Below are positions 26,172 to 36,290 of a DNA stretch of 63,841 nt, piece after piece (position 1 is the first letter of the stretch; each line of letters begins with the position of its first letter). The translations under genes and the position numbers were made by a program. The notes beneath the pieces are model-generated. The model searched no databases. It saw only the letters and a list, made by a program, of their open reading frames with translations, and was not told where the DNA came from. Source of the stretch: an uncultured Bacteroides sp. (lineage in GTDB: Bacteria > Bacteroidota > Bacteroidia > Bacteroidales > SM23-62); assembly GCA_964575235.1 (NCBI GenBank), contig CAZNQG010000002.1, forward strand, positions 1 to 63,841. Direction: 5' to 3'.

Positions 26172-28532
26172 CTACCTCTTGATGGTACGCACGCTGAATA
26201 CCGGTCCGGCCGTATGCCCCTTGTGAGCCCTGAAGGTCACCGTTACAGTTGTCTTATCGACCGTCATTCCGTCCGGGATATCGTAAGTCACATCCACGAA
26301 TCGCTCCTCCTGCATATTTGCCGTGTTCTCGGTTGCCAGCAATTCGTCATTGATGAGGATATCGAAGGTCCTCGAACCCGGGTATCCGCCCCAGTATTCC
26401 ACCACCAGTCCCATGGGCTGGCCCTTGTACACCTTCATATCCACCGAGAACCACCCGTCCCTGCTCTCCCTGCTGTGCTTTCCCTTGAACTCGCCTGCCC
26501 AGGTATTCTCCCCCTGGAAATTATGGTCCCGCTCCGGCTGCATCTCACCCGTCCGGACCAGGTCTATGGTCATTTCCTCTATTTTCCTTTTGCGTTCCAT
26601 CATCTCCTTGTACTCCTGTTCTTTCCTGTTCCAGCCTTCGCCGTCGAACAGGTCCCAGTAAATGGAATATCGGCGTCCGGTGGTGCTGTAAAAAGGTTTC
26701 AGGGTGACATCCCTGGGCTTCCCCACGTCCACGGTACGGAAGGTGTTTGGCTCGTTCTCCACCGGTTCAAGCCAGGATGCCGGGTCCCGGTCTTCCGACA
26801 GAAAGACGGGCACATACATGGGGTCATTGGCATCGGGGTCGTCTTCGGGTCCGAGATCACCTGCCAGTACCAGCGGGCCATACATAATGGCCACCCGGTT
26901 TGAATCATCCGGCATGGGTTCCAGCCGCAGGCTGAAGGGGATCGAGGCCTCTATGACATCCCCCGTTTTCCAGGTCCCGCCGATACGCAGGAACGATCCG
27001 GGTTTCTCACTGAATTTCTTCCGTTCCCCGTTCACCTTCACTTCCATCCCGTTTTTCGCCCAGTAAGGATAGCGCAGCATGATGTCAAGGGGGACTTCAT
27101 TTTGGCATTCGAATTCCAGCCGGGTGCCCTGCTGCCTGGGGTAAGAGGTGACCTGGCTCAGGATGAGTCCCCTCTCCCCCCAGTCCAGCCTGGAAGCAAT
27201 GAACTGGCTGACATAGAGCTCTTTGTCATTGTGGAAATAGATGTTCCGGCCATACTTGGAATGGTTCTCCATGCCCGTTCCGATGCAGCAGGTGAACCAG
27301 TAGGGGTCCTGGTAGGATTTGTACCCGCCCATTTCGAGCGAAAGATTGTAAATCACCCGGCCGTCTTCCGGGTTCTGGGAAGAGAGGATGTGGTTGAACA
27401 AAGCGCGCTCGTAGAAATCCGCCACCTTCGCGGATGCTTCCCACTCGAACAGGTGGCGGCTCAGCTTCAGCATATTATACACATTGCAGCTTTCCGTGGT
27501 CCCCTCGCTAAGGCGGTGGGCCAGCCGGTCCGGTTCCCCGAAATATTCATGGTTGCCGTTCCCGCCGGTAACGTAGGAATGATGGTGCACGACCCTGTCC
27601 CAGAAAAACTCCGCTGTCTGCCGGTCTGTTTTGTCACCGGTCAGTTCATAAAGCCTTGCCAGCCCGATCAGCTTGGGAATCTGGGTATTGGCATGTTTGC
27701 CGGGAAGTACGTCAATCTGCTCCGCCAGGGAATCCAGTATGGCCCTGTGGTGGAATTTCCTCGACATTTCGAGGTATTTCTCCTCGCCGATGATGCCGTA
27801 CAGCTCGGCGAGGGATTCGTTGATCCCGCCGTGTTCACAGTTAAGCAAGACCTGCATCAGCGAATCGTTCAGTGGTCCGATCACGGTTTCCAGCCAGTCG
27901 GCGAAACGGATCTCGATCTCCAGGGCTTTTTTATTCCCGCACAACTCGCAGGCATCCAAAAGCCCGGCCATGATCTTATGCTCGGTATAGAACGGCGCCC
28001 AGATCCCGTTCAGGTCAAAACGCCTCGAACGTACATCCCCCTTTGCCACCTCTTCGGTAAGTATCTTTTTTCCGCCTGTAGATGCGCCCAGGTAACCGTC
28101 TCCCTGCGCCTGCTGTATGGTATCGAGCTCGTCCACGATGTAATTGACCCGATCAAGGAATCGCCGGTCCCCTGTTGTCCTGTACATCAGGGCACAGGCG
28201 CTCAGGTAATGGCCCAGGCTGTGGCCGGCCAGCATCTCGTTTTCCCATCCGTAATACTGTTCGGCTTTCTCCTTCAATCCGGCCTCCCGCCTGAACTTGG
28301 CAAGCAGGCGGTCCGGTTCGTAGTTCAGCAGGGATTGCATGTTCAATTCCGTCGCATGTTTGAAAGGTCCGTCAAGCAGTGTGACATCGGACAGCTCGAA
28401 GGGGATCGCCTTGAACTCCACCACTTCCGGTCCACCGGTGCGGATCCGCCGGTCTCCCTGCCTGGAACAAGCTGCCAGCAAGAAGACCAGCAGGCCAAAC
28501 ACGGCCAATTGTACTGTCTTTTTCATTCGCAT
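26172..28532 (-). CDS. DUF1680 / GH127-GH146-like glycoside hydrolase
   Basis: TESCNVYNMLKL and WFTCCIGTGMENHSKYG correspond to the GH127-type E-x-C and CC motifs. The start is set at MRMKKTVQLAVFGLLVFLLAAC (lipoprotein). Confidence 0.8.
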   Translation of the reverse strand: MRMKKTVQLAVFGLLVFLLAACSRQGDRRIRTGGPEVVEFKAIPFELSDVTLLDGPFKHATELNMQSLLNYEPDRLLAKFRREAGLKEKAEQYYGWENEMLAGHSLGHYLSACALMYRTTGDRRFLDRVNYIVDELDTIQQAQGDGYLGASTGGKKILTEEVAKGDVRSRRFDLNGIWAPFYTEHKIMAGLLDACELCGNKKALEIEIRFADWLETVIGPLNDSLMQVLLNCEHGGINESLAELYGIIGEEKYLEMSRKFHHRAILDSLAEQIDVLPGKHANTQIPKLIGLARLYELTGDKTDRQTAEFFWDRVVHHHSYVTGGNGNHEYFGEPDRLAHRLSEGTTESCNVYNMLKLSRHLFEWEASAKVADFYERALFNHILSSQNPEDGRVIYNLSLEMGGYKSYQDPYWFTCCIGTGMENHSKYGRNIYFHNDKELYVSQFIASRLDWGERGLILSQVTSYPRQQGTRLEFECQNEVPLDIMLRYPYWAKNGMEVKVNGERKKFSEKPGSFLRIGGTWKTGDVIEASIPFSLRLEPMPDDSNRVAIMYGPLVLAGDLGPEDDPDANDPMYVPVFLSEDRDPASWLEPVENEPNTFRTVDVGKPRDVTLKPFYSTTGRRYSIYWDLFDGEGWNRKEQEYKEMMERKRKIEEMTIDLVRTGEMQPERDHNFQGENTWAGEFKGKHSRESRDGWFSVDMKVYKGQPMGLVVEYWGGYPGSRTFDILINDELLATENTANMQEERFVDVTYDIPDGMTVDKTTVTVTFRAHKGHTAGPVFSVRTIKR

Positions 28533-28534
28533 AT

Positions 28535-30457
28535 CTATTTGGTTAGGGGCAGCCAGACCATCATTTCTGCGGCACCGCGGTTGTTCCATGCATAGTAAGG
28601 GATCAGCGTAATGTGACCGGCCGTTGTCCGGATCACTTCCACCCCGTTCAGCAGATCGGGCCGGAATTCGGCGCTGAAATCCGCTTTCCGGTCAAAGACC
28701 AGGTTCAGCACATGCCCGTCCTTCGCATCCGGCCCTTCGGCGCAATAGACGATCGGTCCCCTCTGCACGGCCATCCGGCCTGTATCCGCTTTCACCCGCT
28801 CGTCGGCTATCAGCTCCCTTATCTCCATCGGGAATTCAAGGGAGAGCCGGTCTCCCTTCTGCCAGGTCCTGTCAAGTACCGCAAAACCATTTTCCATATC
28901 CGGATCCATGGCCTCGCCGTTCAGCAGGATGTTCACAGACCCTGCAAGCGGATGAGCGAAGGTATACAGATTGCCGGGAATGGCTTCTTCCCTGCTCCAG
29001 CCGGGTATCCTGACATGCAGGGAGAAAGGGGTATCCTTTTCGGGATCCAGGGTTATCTCCACCTTCCCTTCCCAGGGGTAACCGGTTTCCTGGATAATCC
29101 CGAACGGCATACCGTTAAATTCGAATTCAGCCCGGCTTGCAACGAACAGGTTCACGTAAATGTCCTTATCGGTTGTGGCGTATACATAACCCGGCAGGGA
29201 AGGCAGGGTGCGGGCTACGTTCGGGGGACAACAGGCGCATCCGAACCATTTGCTGCGTTCGTACTGCCCGGAAGATTCGAGGGGATTGGGATAGAAAAAC
29301 CGGTCGCCGGACAGGGATACGCCCGAAAGAAAGGAATTATAGAGTGTGCGTTCAAAGACGTCCAGATACCGGGCATTGCCGTCGTAGAGGAACATCCGGT
29401 AATTCCAGAGCATGTTCCCGACCGATGCGCAGGTTTCACAGTAGGCCGTTTCATTGGGCAGTACATATGGGTCAGCGAAGCCTTCGTTGCCGCCGGAGGC
29501 CCCGATCCCCCCGGTCACATAGGTTTTGGTATAAACAATGTCCTCCCAGATGGCCCGGATTGCCTTGATGTATGACTCGTCGCGGTACAGGGCGGCAATA
29601 TCGGCCATGGCGGTATACATGTAGGTGGCCCGTACCGAATGGCCTACGCCCGCGGTCTGGTCGACGACCTTTTGATGCGCCTGGTTGTACTGCTCCCCTC
29701 CCGGTCCCCTGACATCCAGGAAGAATTTGGCAAGATCCAGGTATTTCTTGTCGCCCGTAACATTGTACAGCTTGACCAGTCCGATCTCAATCTCCTGGTG
29801 TCCCGGGTAGTCCTCTCTTTTCCCCCAGCCGAATGTCTTATCCACGAGGTCGGCGCTCCCGATGGAAATATCCAGGAGTTTCCTCTTTCCCGTTGCCTTG
29901 TAATAGGCCACGGCAGCCTCGTACATATGACCGAGGTTGTACAACTCGTGGCTCAGCTCATTGACCTTTTCCCATTTTTTCCCTATCCAGGGATGGGAAT
30001 CATCTCCCATGATGGTTCGGATGGTGTACAGGTATCCGTCCTCCTCCTGGGCGAGCCCGATTTTGTCGATCAATGAATCCACCGCGGCTTCGAGCTCCGG
30101 ATCGGGATTCGTCTGGAGGGAATAGCCCGCCGCCTCAATGATCTTGTAAATATCGGAATCATCGAAGGGATAAGTCGAGCAGAATTCCCCTTCCGCCAGT
30201 CCCCCGGCAATCTCAAAATTCCTGATCCTCCCGCTCAGGGTCGATTGTTCAATGGCGATCGGAATGGTGACTTCATGATTGATTTTCAGGCGCGGCGCCC
30301 AGAAATCATCGGTGAATTTCACGGCTGTAAACGGAACCGGCCGTATGGGATAGGTATTATCCTTTTCCCCCGATGTGCTGCAGGAATTCATCAGAAGGCC
30401 GAGCAGGACCAGGGAGCCGGCCAAACAAAATACCGGTGTTGTTTTTTTGATCATCAT
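28535..30457 (-). CDS. GH127-type beta-L-arabinofuranosidase-like enzyme
   Basis: Lipoprotein signal (..LLMNSC). YCETCASVGNMLW and FGCACCPPNVARTLPS motifs are present. Confidence 0.85.
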   Translation of the reverse strand: MMIKKTTPVFCLAGSLVLLGLLMNSCSTSGEKDNTYPIRPVPFTAVKFTDDFWAPRLKINHEVTIPIAIEQSTLSGRIRNFEIAGGLAEGEFCSTYPFDDSDIYKIIEAAGYSLQTNPDPELEAAVDSLIDKIGLAQEEDGYLYTIRTIMGDDSHPWIGKKWEKVNELSHELYNLGHMYEAAVAYYKATGKRKLLDISIGSADLVDKTFGWGKREDYPGHQEIEIGLVKLYNVTGDKKYLDLAKFFLDVRGPGGEQYNQAHQKVVDQTAGVGHSVRATYMYTAMADIAALYRDESYIKAIRAIWEDIVYTKTYVTGGIGASGGNEGFADPYVLPNETAYCETCASVGNMLWNYRMFLYDGNARYLDVFERTLYNSFLSGVSLSGDRFFYPNPLESSGQYERSKWFGCACCPPNVARTLPSLPGYVYATTDKDIYVNLFVASRAEFEFNGMPFGIIQETGYPWEGKVEITLDPEKDTPFSLHVRIPGWSREEAIPGNLYTFAHPLAGSVNILLNGEAMDPDMENGFAVLDRTWQKGDRLSLEFPMEIRELIADERVKADTGRMAVQRGPIVYCAEGPDAKDGHVLNLVFDRKADFSAEFRPDLLNGVEVIRTTAGHITLIPYYAWNNRGAAEMMVWLPLTK

Positions 30458-30477
30458 GCTGAATGGTTAGGTTGTTC

Positions 30478-30485
30478 CAAATTTA
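30478..30485 (-). promoter_or_regulatory. possible internal -7 promoter box TAAATTTG (TAnnTTTG)
   Basis: Exact TAnnTTTG match on the minus strand, 20 nt upstream of the ATG at 30457, inside the 107-nt gap after the GH27 gene. Confidence 0.3.
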
Positions 30486-30564
30486 CTAAATAGCTTAAAT
30501 CGCGTACCTGCAGAGAAAAGGAGAACGGATCGAACCGGGCAGGATTGTATCCTGGGTTTTGTTG

Positions 30565-31761
30565 TCATTTGGCGACCGGTGTTAACCGGAGCATCAATAT
30601 CCCGTGGGGAGGTATTTCCGTGTTCAACACATCTGCCGTAGTACCGATGTCCCCGTGCTTCCAGAGATCCCTCATCCTGTATTCCTGCTGGCTGAAGCGT
30701 ATGGCTCCCATGTGGTATATATTTATAGCGGACCAGTCGTAATTCGTGATCCAGGGATAATCCTTCCGGTTCATGAAGCAGACGGCCAGTTCGTCGTTTT
30801 GCAGGTGCCTGACCCAGATCTCGTGGTCGCCCATATCCAGGAATCGGATGGCCTGACGGCCCAGCGAGTCCTGGTTTACGGCAATCACTTCCCCGTTGGT
30901 CAGGATCTCCAGGACCTCAGGGTCCATATCCCTTAGGTCATTGCCGGCCATCAGGGGGGCGGCCAGCATCGCCCACATTGAAAAATGGGTAATGTTCTCG
31001 TCTTTTGTCAGTCCCGGGTTCCCCACTTCAAGCATGTCGGGATCGTTCCAGTGCCCGGGACCTGCGTACCTCCAAAGGACTGCCTGTTTGTCTATGATGT
31101 TCACAATGCCTAGTCCGCCCCAGTTGATCTCGGCCTCATAGATATTTCGGATATCGGGGGTAGTCCTCCAGAGATGTCCCACTCCCTCTCCCCACTCCCA
31201 GGGCTCGTTGCTTCCCCATTCACAAATGCTGAAAACAATGGGGCGACCGCATTGCTTCAGGGCGTCACTCATTGTGGTAAAAGCAGCCCTGGCATTCTGT
31301 CCCCCGTTCGCACACCAGTCGTACTTCAGGTAATCCACTCCCCAGGCAGCATACTGCCGTGCATCCTGGAACTGGTATCCCCGGCTTCCCGGCCTTCCCT
31401 GGCAGGTCCTTGAACCTGCACAGGAATAAAGCCCGAATTTCAGTCCCTTCGAATGCACATAATCGGCCAGGTATTTCATGCCGGAAGGAAAACGTTCGGG
31501 GTCGGGCAGGATGTTCCCTGCACTGTCGCGGGCTACCTGCCAGCAGTCATCGATCACAATGTACCGGTAACCGGCCTCTTTCATCCCGTTTCCGGCCATG
31601 GCATCCGCCATTTCCATGATCATTTTCTCACTGACATCACAGCCGAAGCGGTTCCAGCTGTTCCATCCCATGGGCGGGGTGAGTGCCAGCTCTTCAAAAC
31701 CCTGGGCATGCATCAGGACCATAAGACAGGTCCCTGTAAGAATAATAAGCAAGCGTTTCAT
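30565..31761 (-). CDS. GH27-family glycosidase (alpha-galactosidase / beta-L-arabinopyranosidase type)
   Basis: PPMGWNSWNRFGCD, YRYIVIDDCWQ and YLKYDWC are GH27 hallmarks. Confidence 0.85.
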   Translation of the reverse strand: MKRLLIILTGTCLMVLMHAQGFEELALTPPMGWNSWNRFGCDVSEKMIMEMADAMAGNGMKEAGYRYIVIDDCWQVARDSAGNILPDPERFPSGMKYLADYVHSKGLKFGLYSCAGSRTCQGRPGSRGYQFQDARQYAAWGVDYLKYDWCANGGQNARAAFTTMSDALKQCGRPIVFSICEWGSNEPWEWGEGVGHLWRTTPDIRNIYEAEINWGGLGIVNIIDKQAVLWRYAGPGHWNDPDMLEVGNPGLTKDENITHFSMWAMLAAPLMAGNDLRDMDPEVLEILTNGEVIAVNQDSLGRQAIRFLDMGDHEIWVRHLQNDELAVCFMNRKDYPWITNYDWSAINIYHMGAIRFSQQEYRMRDLWKHGDIGTTADVLNTEIPPHGILMLRLTPVAK

Positions 31762-31788
31762 ATCTGAATTGTTTGGTGATTGATGTTC

Positions 31789-33252
31789 TTATTCTTCTTC
31801 GTTTATAACGGGCAGAAACCGTCTCAGCGAATCCATGAGCACACGGTACTTCTCCTGCCCGGCCAAGTTATGGAATTCGTCGGGATCCGCACGGTGATTG
31901 TAAAGCTCTTCATCCCCGTTGTGGTAACGGATGTACCTCCAGTTTTCCGTCCGGACCGAGTGATTGTTGTAATGGTAGGTGGTGACGGCGGGTTCATCCC
32001 TGTTCAGATCCGGATCCTTTAACAGGGGCAGCAGGCTGGTCCCTTCCAGCTGGGGGAATACTTCCGTGCCCGTCAGTTCGACCAGGGTGGGGAATATGTC
32101 AAGCAGGCTGACGGCCTCTGCCGAGTTACTCCCTTTTTCGGTGATCCCGGGTGCGAAGATGAACAGCGGTACACGGGTGGATTCCTCCCAAAGCGTGAAT
32201 TTCTCCCATTGTTCTTTTTCGCCGATGTGCATCCCGTGGTCGGACCATAGCACGATGACCGTATTTTCCACAGCCCCCGATTTTTCCAGTCCCCGGATCA
32301 GCTTCCCGACCATGTAATCCGAATAGGAGATGCCGGCCTGGTATGCCTGCACGGCTTTCGCCCACTGATCGTTCGCTATCATCCACCGCTGCCAGGAACG
32401 CCTGAGCCATTGCAGGGAGACCGGTGAGACGTCTTCGAGGTCGTTTTCCAGTATCCCGGGCAGTTCAACCTCCTCAAGCGGATAGAGGTCGAAAAACTCC
32501 CGGGGCACGAACCAGGGGATGTGGGGCCTGAAGATGCCCACGGCCAGGAAGAGGGGTTTGTCCCTGTCCCTGTTGAGTTCCCTTATGGCCCAGTCGACCA
32601 CCTTCTGATCGGCCATGTCGCCGGTGGTCCCCAAAGCCCCGTAGTCAAAAAAGTGGGGCGGCCGGTTTTCGGTCCCCGCCCCTGCCAGGGGCACCCAGGT
32701 AACGTAGCCGGTCGAATCCTTTACGGCTGTTTCCGGCCAGAAGCTTTCAGGCATCTGGCGGTTTTTGGACGGGAAATATTCATCCCAGATATCCGGATCG
32801 TTCTGGTCCACGCCGTAGCCGGTACGGATCCAGGACAGGGCATGGAATATCTTGCCTCCCCCCTTGACCGTGTAGCCGATGTCCCGGAAATAATCCGGGA
32901 TGGTCATGGCCGTTGCGAGTACCGGTGATTCACGCCATATGTGGGCGTTTGAATAAACACCGGAGGTGCTCGGCCGCACCCCTGTCATGACGCTGGTACG
33001 GGATGGACAGCAGGCGGGGGCCGTACAATGGGCATTGGTGAACAGCATGCCCCTGCTTACAAGATCATCGATATTCGGGGTATGAATTCCCTCCCTCCCG
33101 TGCAGGCAGTTCACCCAGTCGTTCATGTCGTCGATGGCGATGAAGAGGACATCGGGCCGGGTGCAGGCGCCCTCCTTTCCCCGGTTGCAGGACGGGCAGA
33201 GCAATAATGAGGCAAATACCGTTAATACTATAAATCCTTGAAAATGTTTCAT
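31789..33252 (-). CDS. S1-family sulfatase (Cys-type)
   Basis: PDVLFIAIDDMNDW and CTAPACCPSRTSVMTG (CxPxR). Confidence 0.9.
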   Translation of the reverse strand: MKHFQGFIVLTVFASLLLCPSCNRGKEGACTRPDVLFIAIDDMNDWVNCLHGREGIHTPNIDDLVSRGMLFTNAHCTAPACCPSRTSVMTGVRPSTSGVYSNAHIWRESPVLATAMTIPDYFRDIGYTVKGGGKIFHALSWIRTGYGVDQNDPDIWDEYFPSKNRQMPESFWPETAVKDSTGYVTWVPLAGAGTENRPPHFFDYGALGTTGDMADQKVVDWAIRELNRDRDKPLFLAVGIFRPHIPWFVPREFFDLYPLEEVELPGILENDLEDVSPVSLQWLRRSWQRWMIANDQWAKAVQAYQAGISYSDYMVGKLIRGLEKSGAVENTVIVLWSDHGMHIGEKEQWEKFTLWEESTRVPLFIFAPGITEKGSNSAEAVSLLDIFPTLVELTGTEVFPQLEGTSLLPLLKDPDLNRDEPAVTTYHYNNHSVRTENWRYIRYHNGDEELYNHRADPDEFHNLAGQEKYRVLMDSLRRFLPVINEEE

Positions 33253-33262
33253 ATCCGATCTT

Positions 33263-36223
33263 CTAACGGTTATTTTCCGTTTCCGGCTTCAGTTCTTCCC
33301 AGTCCCGCATCACCTTCTTCGACTCACGGATGAACAGCTCCGACCATTCCAGCTGGGCCCGGGTGGGCGCCCCGCTGTATCCCTGCACCCAGTGGAACAT
33401 CCAGTTCATTCTCGACGCGAGGTTCAGGTGGTCGGGATCCCGGCTGGGGGACCGTATTTTGTTCATCAATTCCCTCACACGTTCTTTTTCGGGCAGGGTA
33501 TCGGGGACGTTTTCCATTTCCCGGTAGCACTGATCCAGCAGGTTCATCTGCAGGGCAAGTTCACGGCACAGAAGGAAGCCTTCCCTGACCTCTCCGGGTG
33601 AATTCTTTACCCGGGGATCGGGAAGGACCACCAGTGTATCCCTCCGGGTGTAACCGCCTGCATCCAGTTCAATGATGTATTTTCCGGCCGGGGAATACAG
33701 GCGGCGCCCGTAGCGATCCCGCTGCAGTTCGGGGTAAGTCATGGTAAGGTCGCAGCCCAGGTTCCACGACACCCGTACGATCCCCTTCTGCTTCCTGCCC
33801 GGGATCCCGGCCACAGGTGTGCCGTCTTCCCCGTAAACCCGTATCAGCCAGTCCGCCGTGTCTGCAGGCGGGATGTATACGGTGACCAGGGCACCGTAAG
33901 GCGGGTTGGGGGCCCTGTAAACGGCATCCCCCATCCTTGACCGGTCGTCGGCAGGGATGTACCGGTAGACGGGGCGCGATGGGAACAGTATTGGTTTGCC
34001 ATCCGTCTTCCCGGCCCATTCCCGCATCCAGCTCATATCGTCCAGGATGTAAATGCCCCGTCCGTGGGTTGCGGCGATCAGGTCATTTTCCACCGGATGC
34101 AAACGTATATCCCGTACCGGAATGCCCGGCAGGCCGTGACCGAAGAATGTCCATTCCTCCCCCCCGTTGAAACTGACGAACATCCCGTTCTCGGTACCGC
34201 AGAACAGCAGTCCGGGTTCGGCAGGATCCTCCAGCAGGCAATGGACATAACCGTTCAGTCCGGAATGGATCGGCTTCCAGGTTTTTCCAAGGTTGTCGGA
34301 ACGGAACAGATGTTGACTGAAATCGCCCAGCCTGTGGTTGTCTATGGCCAGGTAGATCCTGTCCGGATCTGCCCGGGAAAGGTCAACATCCACAATATAC
34401 GCATTTTCTGTTTCCGGGATACGGAGCCGGGTCCAGTTTTCACCTCCGTCAACCGTAAGTTGCAGGTTCCCGTCGTCCGTACCCACGCAGATCCTGTTCG
34501 AATCGACAGGACTCTCGCTGATGCTGATAATGGTACAGTGGTATTCGGCATGTGTGTTATCGGGGGTAATGCCGCCGCTAAGCCTCATCTTTGCGGGATC
34601 GGCCGTGGTCAGATCCGGACTCATGACCCTCCAGGTATCGCCAAGGTCATAGCTGCAGAACAGCACGTTACCCCCGTAGAAGAGTTTATCCGGATTGTGT
34701 GCGGAAAGGTACAGGGGGGAATTCCAGTTGAAACGGTATTTTTCATAGGCGGCGCTGGTGCCGGAAGGCCCGACCGGATAGGGCTGGATGAATCTTTCCT
34801 CGAAATTGGCCCTGTCCACCCTGGAGATGTCGCCGAAATGACCGCTGAAGATAACCAGGCCTTTTTTGCCCGGAATACCGAATGCATGCATCCCGTCGGC
34901 CATGTCCCTCAGGCGGGTCCAGTCGCCCCCCGTTGCCCCCGAGTATGCCCAGCGCCGGCTGGGACCCATCCATATCTCGTGGTCCTGGAAGCCGGCATAC
35001 ACATTATAGGGGATATCGTAATCGAATCCCACATGATAGGCCTGGGCCATGGGAATCTGGTTCAGGAAGATCCAGGTTCTTCCCCTGTCGTAAGAAAGGG
35101 CCGCACCCCCGTCACAGCCATTGATCATGCGGTCAGGGTTTTCCGGGTCTATCCAGTGCGCATGAAAATCCCCGAACAGGCTTCCCATTCCCCTCGGGCG
35201 AAAACTTTTACCGCCGTCCTCTGAAAAATACATGGATACGGAAAGGACCCAGATCTGGTCCGCATCATCGGGTTGTATCCAAAGGGTGTTGAAATAAAAG
35301 GGCCTTGAAGCGATGCCCCGGTAATCGGATACCATGGCCCAGCTCTCCCCCCCGTCCTGGGACCGCCAGAGGACCCCGGGTTCCTCGGACTCAATCATGG
35401 AATAGATCACCCGGGGATCGGAGAGCGAGATGTCCACGTCGATCCGGCCGAGCAGGCCCTTTCCGGGCAGACCGTTGTCCAGTCCCGGATCCGTCAGCCG
35501 CATCCAGGATTGTCCTCCGTCCTCCGACCGGTACAACCCGCTGCCGGGTCCGCCGCTCCGGAAATGCCAGGGCTGCCTGAGGTAATCGTACATCCCGGCA
35601 TACAGGACCTGCGGGTTATCCGGGTGCATGGCCAGAGAACTGCAGCCGGTGGTATTGTTTACAAAAAGGATGCGCTCCCATGTCTTCCCGCCGTTGGTCG
35701 TTTTATAGACGCCCCGATGGCTGCTTTCGTTCCATGCGTTTCCCATGACCGCAGCATAAACCGTTTCCGCATCGTCCGGGCGGATCAGCACCTCTGAAAA
35801 CCGTTCGGATTCCGGGAGTCCCGCATATTTCCAGGTATCCCCTCCATCCCCGGAACGGTAGATCCCGTTCCCGTAAGATACGCTGTTCCTCGGATCGCCT
35901 TCACCGGTACCAAGGTAAAGAATATCCGGATCGGCCGGAGCCACGGCAACGGCCCCGACGGAATAGGTTCCGTGTCCGTCGAAGATGCTTTCGAAGGTAG
36001 TGCCTGCATTTTTGCTACGAAACAGTCCTCCCGCCGCTGTACCCACATAAATTAAATCCGGGTCGCCGGGAACCCCTGCAACAGAGGTGACCCTTCCGCC
36101 GAAATGTGCCGGTCCGACGCATCTCCAACCGATGTTGCTCATTTCAGGCAGCTGGCCGGCTGCACCTGCAAATAACAGGGTTGTGGTCAGAGTTGTCAGT
36201 ATACCGGTTTTTTTCATTTTCAT
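33263..36223 (-). CDS. sortilin/VPS10-type BNR-repeat beta-propeller protein (GH74-like architecture, activity unknown)
   Basis: About ten SxDxGxTW-type repeats (SGDGGDTW, TTNGGKTW, SEDGGQSW, SQDGGESW, TVDGGENW and others) plus a signal peptide. Confidence 0.75.
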   Translation of the reverse strand: MKMKKTGILTTLTTTLLFAGAAGQLPEMSNIGWRCVGPAHFGGRVTSVAGVPGDPDLIYVGTAAGGLFRSKNAGTTFESIFDGHGTYSVGAVAVAPADPDILYLGTGEGDPRNSVSYGNGIYRSGDGGDTWKYAGLPESERFSEVLIRPDDAETVYAAVMGNAWNESSHRGVYKTTNGGKTWERILFVNNTTGCSSLAMHPDNPQVLYAGMYDYLRQPWHFRSGGPGSGLYRSEDGGQSWMRLTDPGLDNGLPGKGLLGRIDVDISLSDPRVIYSMIESEEPGVLWRSQDGGESWAMVSDYRGIASRPFYFNTLWIQPDDADQIWVLSVSMYFSEDGGKSFRPRGMGSLFGDFHAHWIDPENPDRMINGCDGGAALSYDRGRTWIFLNQIPMAQAYHVGFDYDIPYNVYAGFQDHEIWMGPSRRWAYSGATGGDWTRLRDMADGMHAFGIPGKKGLVIFSGHFGDISRVDRANFEERFIQPYPVGPSGTSAAYEKYRFNWNSPLYLSAHNPDKLFYGGNVLFCSYDLGDTWRVMSPDLTTADPAKMRLSGGITPDNTHAEYHCTIISISESPVDSNRICVGTDDGNLQLTVDGGENWTRLRIPETENAYIVDVDLSRADPDRIYLAIDNHRLGDFSQHLFRSDNLGKTWKPIHSGLNGYVHCLLEDPAEPGLLFCGTENGMFVSFNGGEEWTFFGHGLPGIPVRDIRLHPVENDLIAATHGRGIYILDDMSWMREWAGKTDGKPILFPSRPVYRYIPADDRSRMGDAVYRAPNPPYGALVTVYIPPADTADWLIRVYGEDGTPVAGIPGRKQKGIVRVSWNLGCDLTMTYPELQRDRYGRRLYSPAGKYIIELDAGGYTRRDTLVVLPDPRVKNSPGEVREGFLLCRELALQMNLLDQCYREMENVPDTLPEKERVRELMNKIRSPSRDPDHLNLASRMNWMFHWVQGYSGAPTRAQLEWSELFIRESKKVMRDWEELKPETENNR

Positions 36224-36290
36224 TCAATTCAAAAAAACAAACATGCGTCCGACGGGCCCGGGAGATCAGGATTACTTACCCGGCAGGTTT

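Noticed and set aside
27102-28595. Very long antisense ORFs in the GC-rich genes. Examples are 27102-28595 (+, 497 aa), 28613-29575 (+), 34064-35224 (+, 386 aa), 39689-40564 (+), 17831-18649 (+), 47301-48056 (-), 59429-60238 (-), 60488-61597 (-, 369 aa), 62240-62977 (+) and 63064-63804 (+).
   Set aside because: Each lies opposite a gene with strong family-specific motifs. Their translations are P/G/R/V-rich and low in complexity, with no recognisable motifs. Long open antisense frames are expected where GC3 is high.
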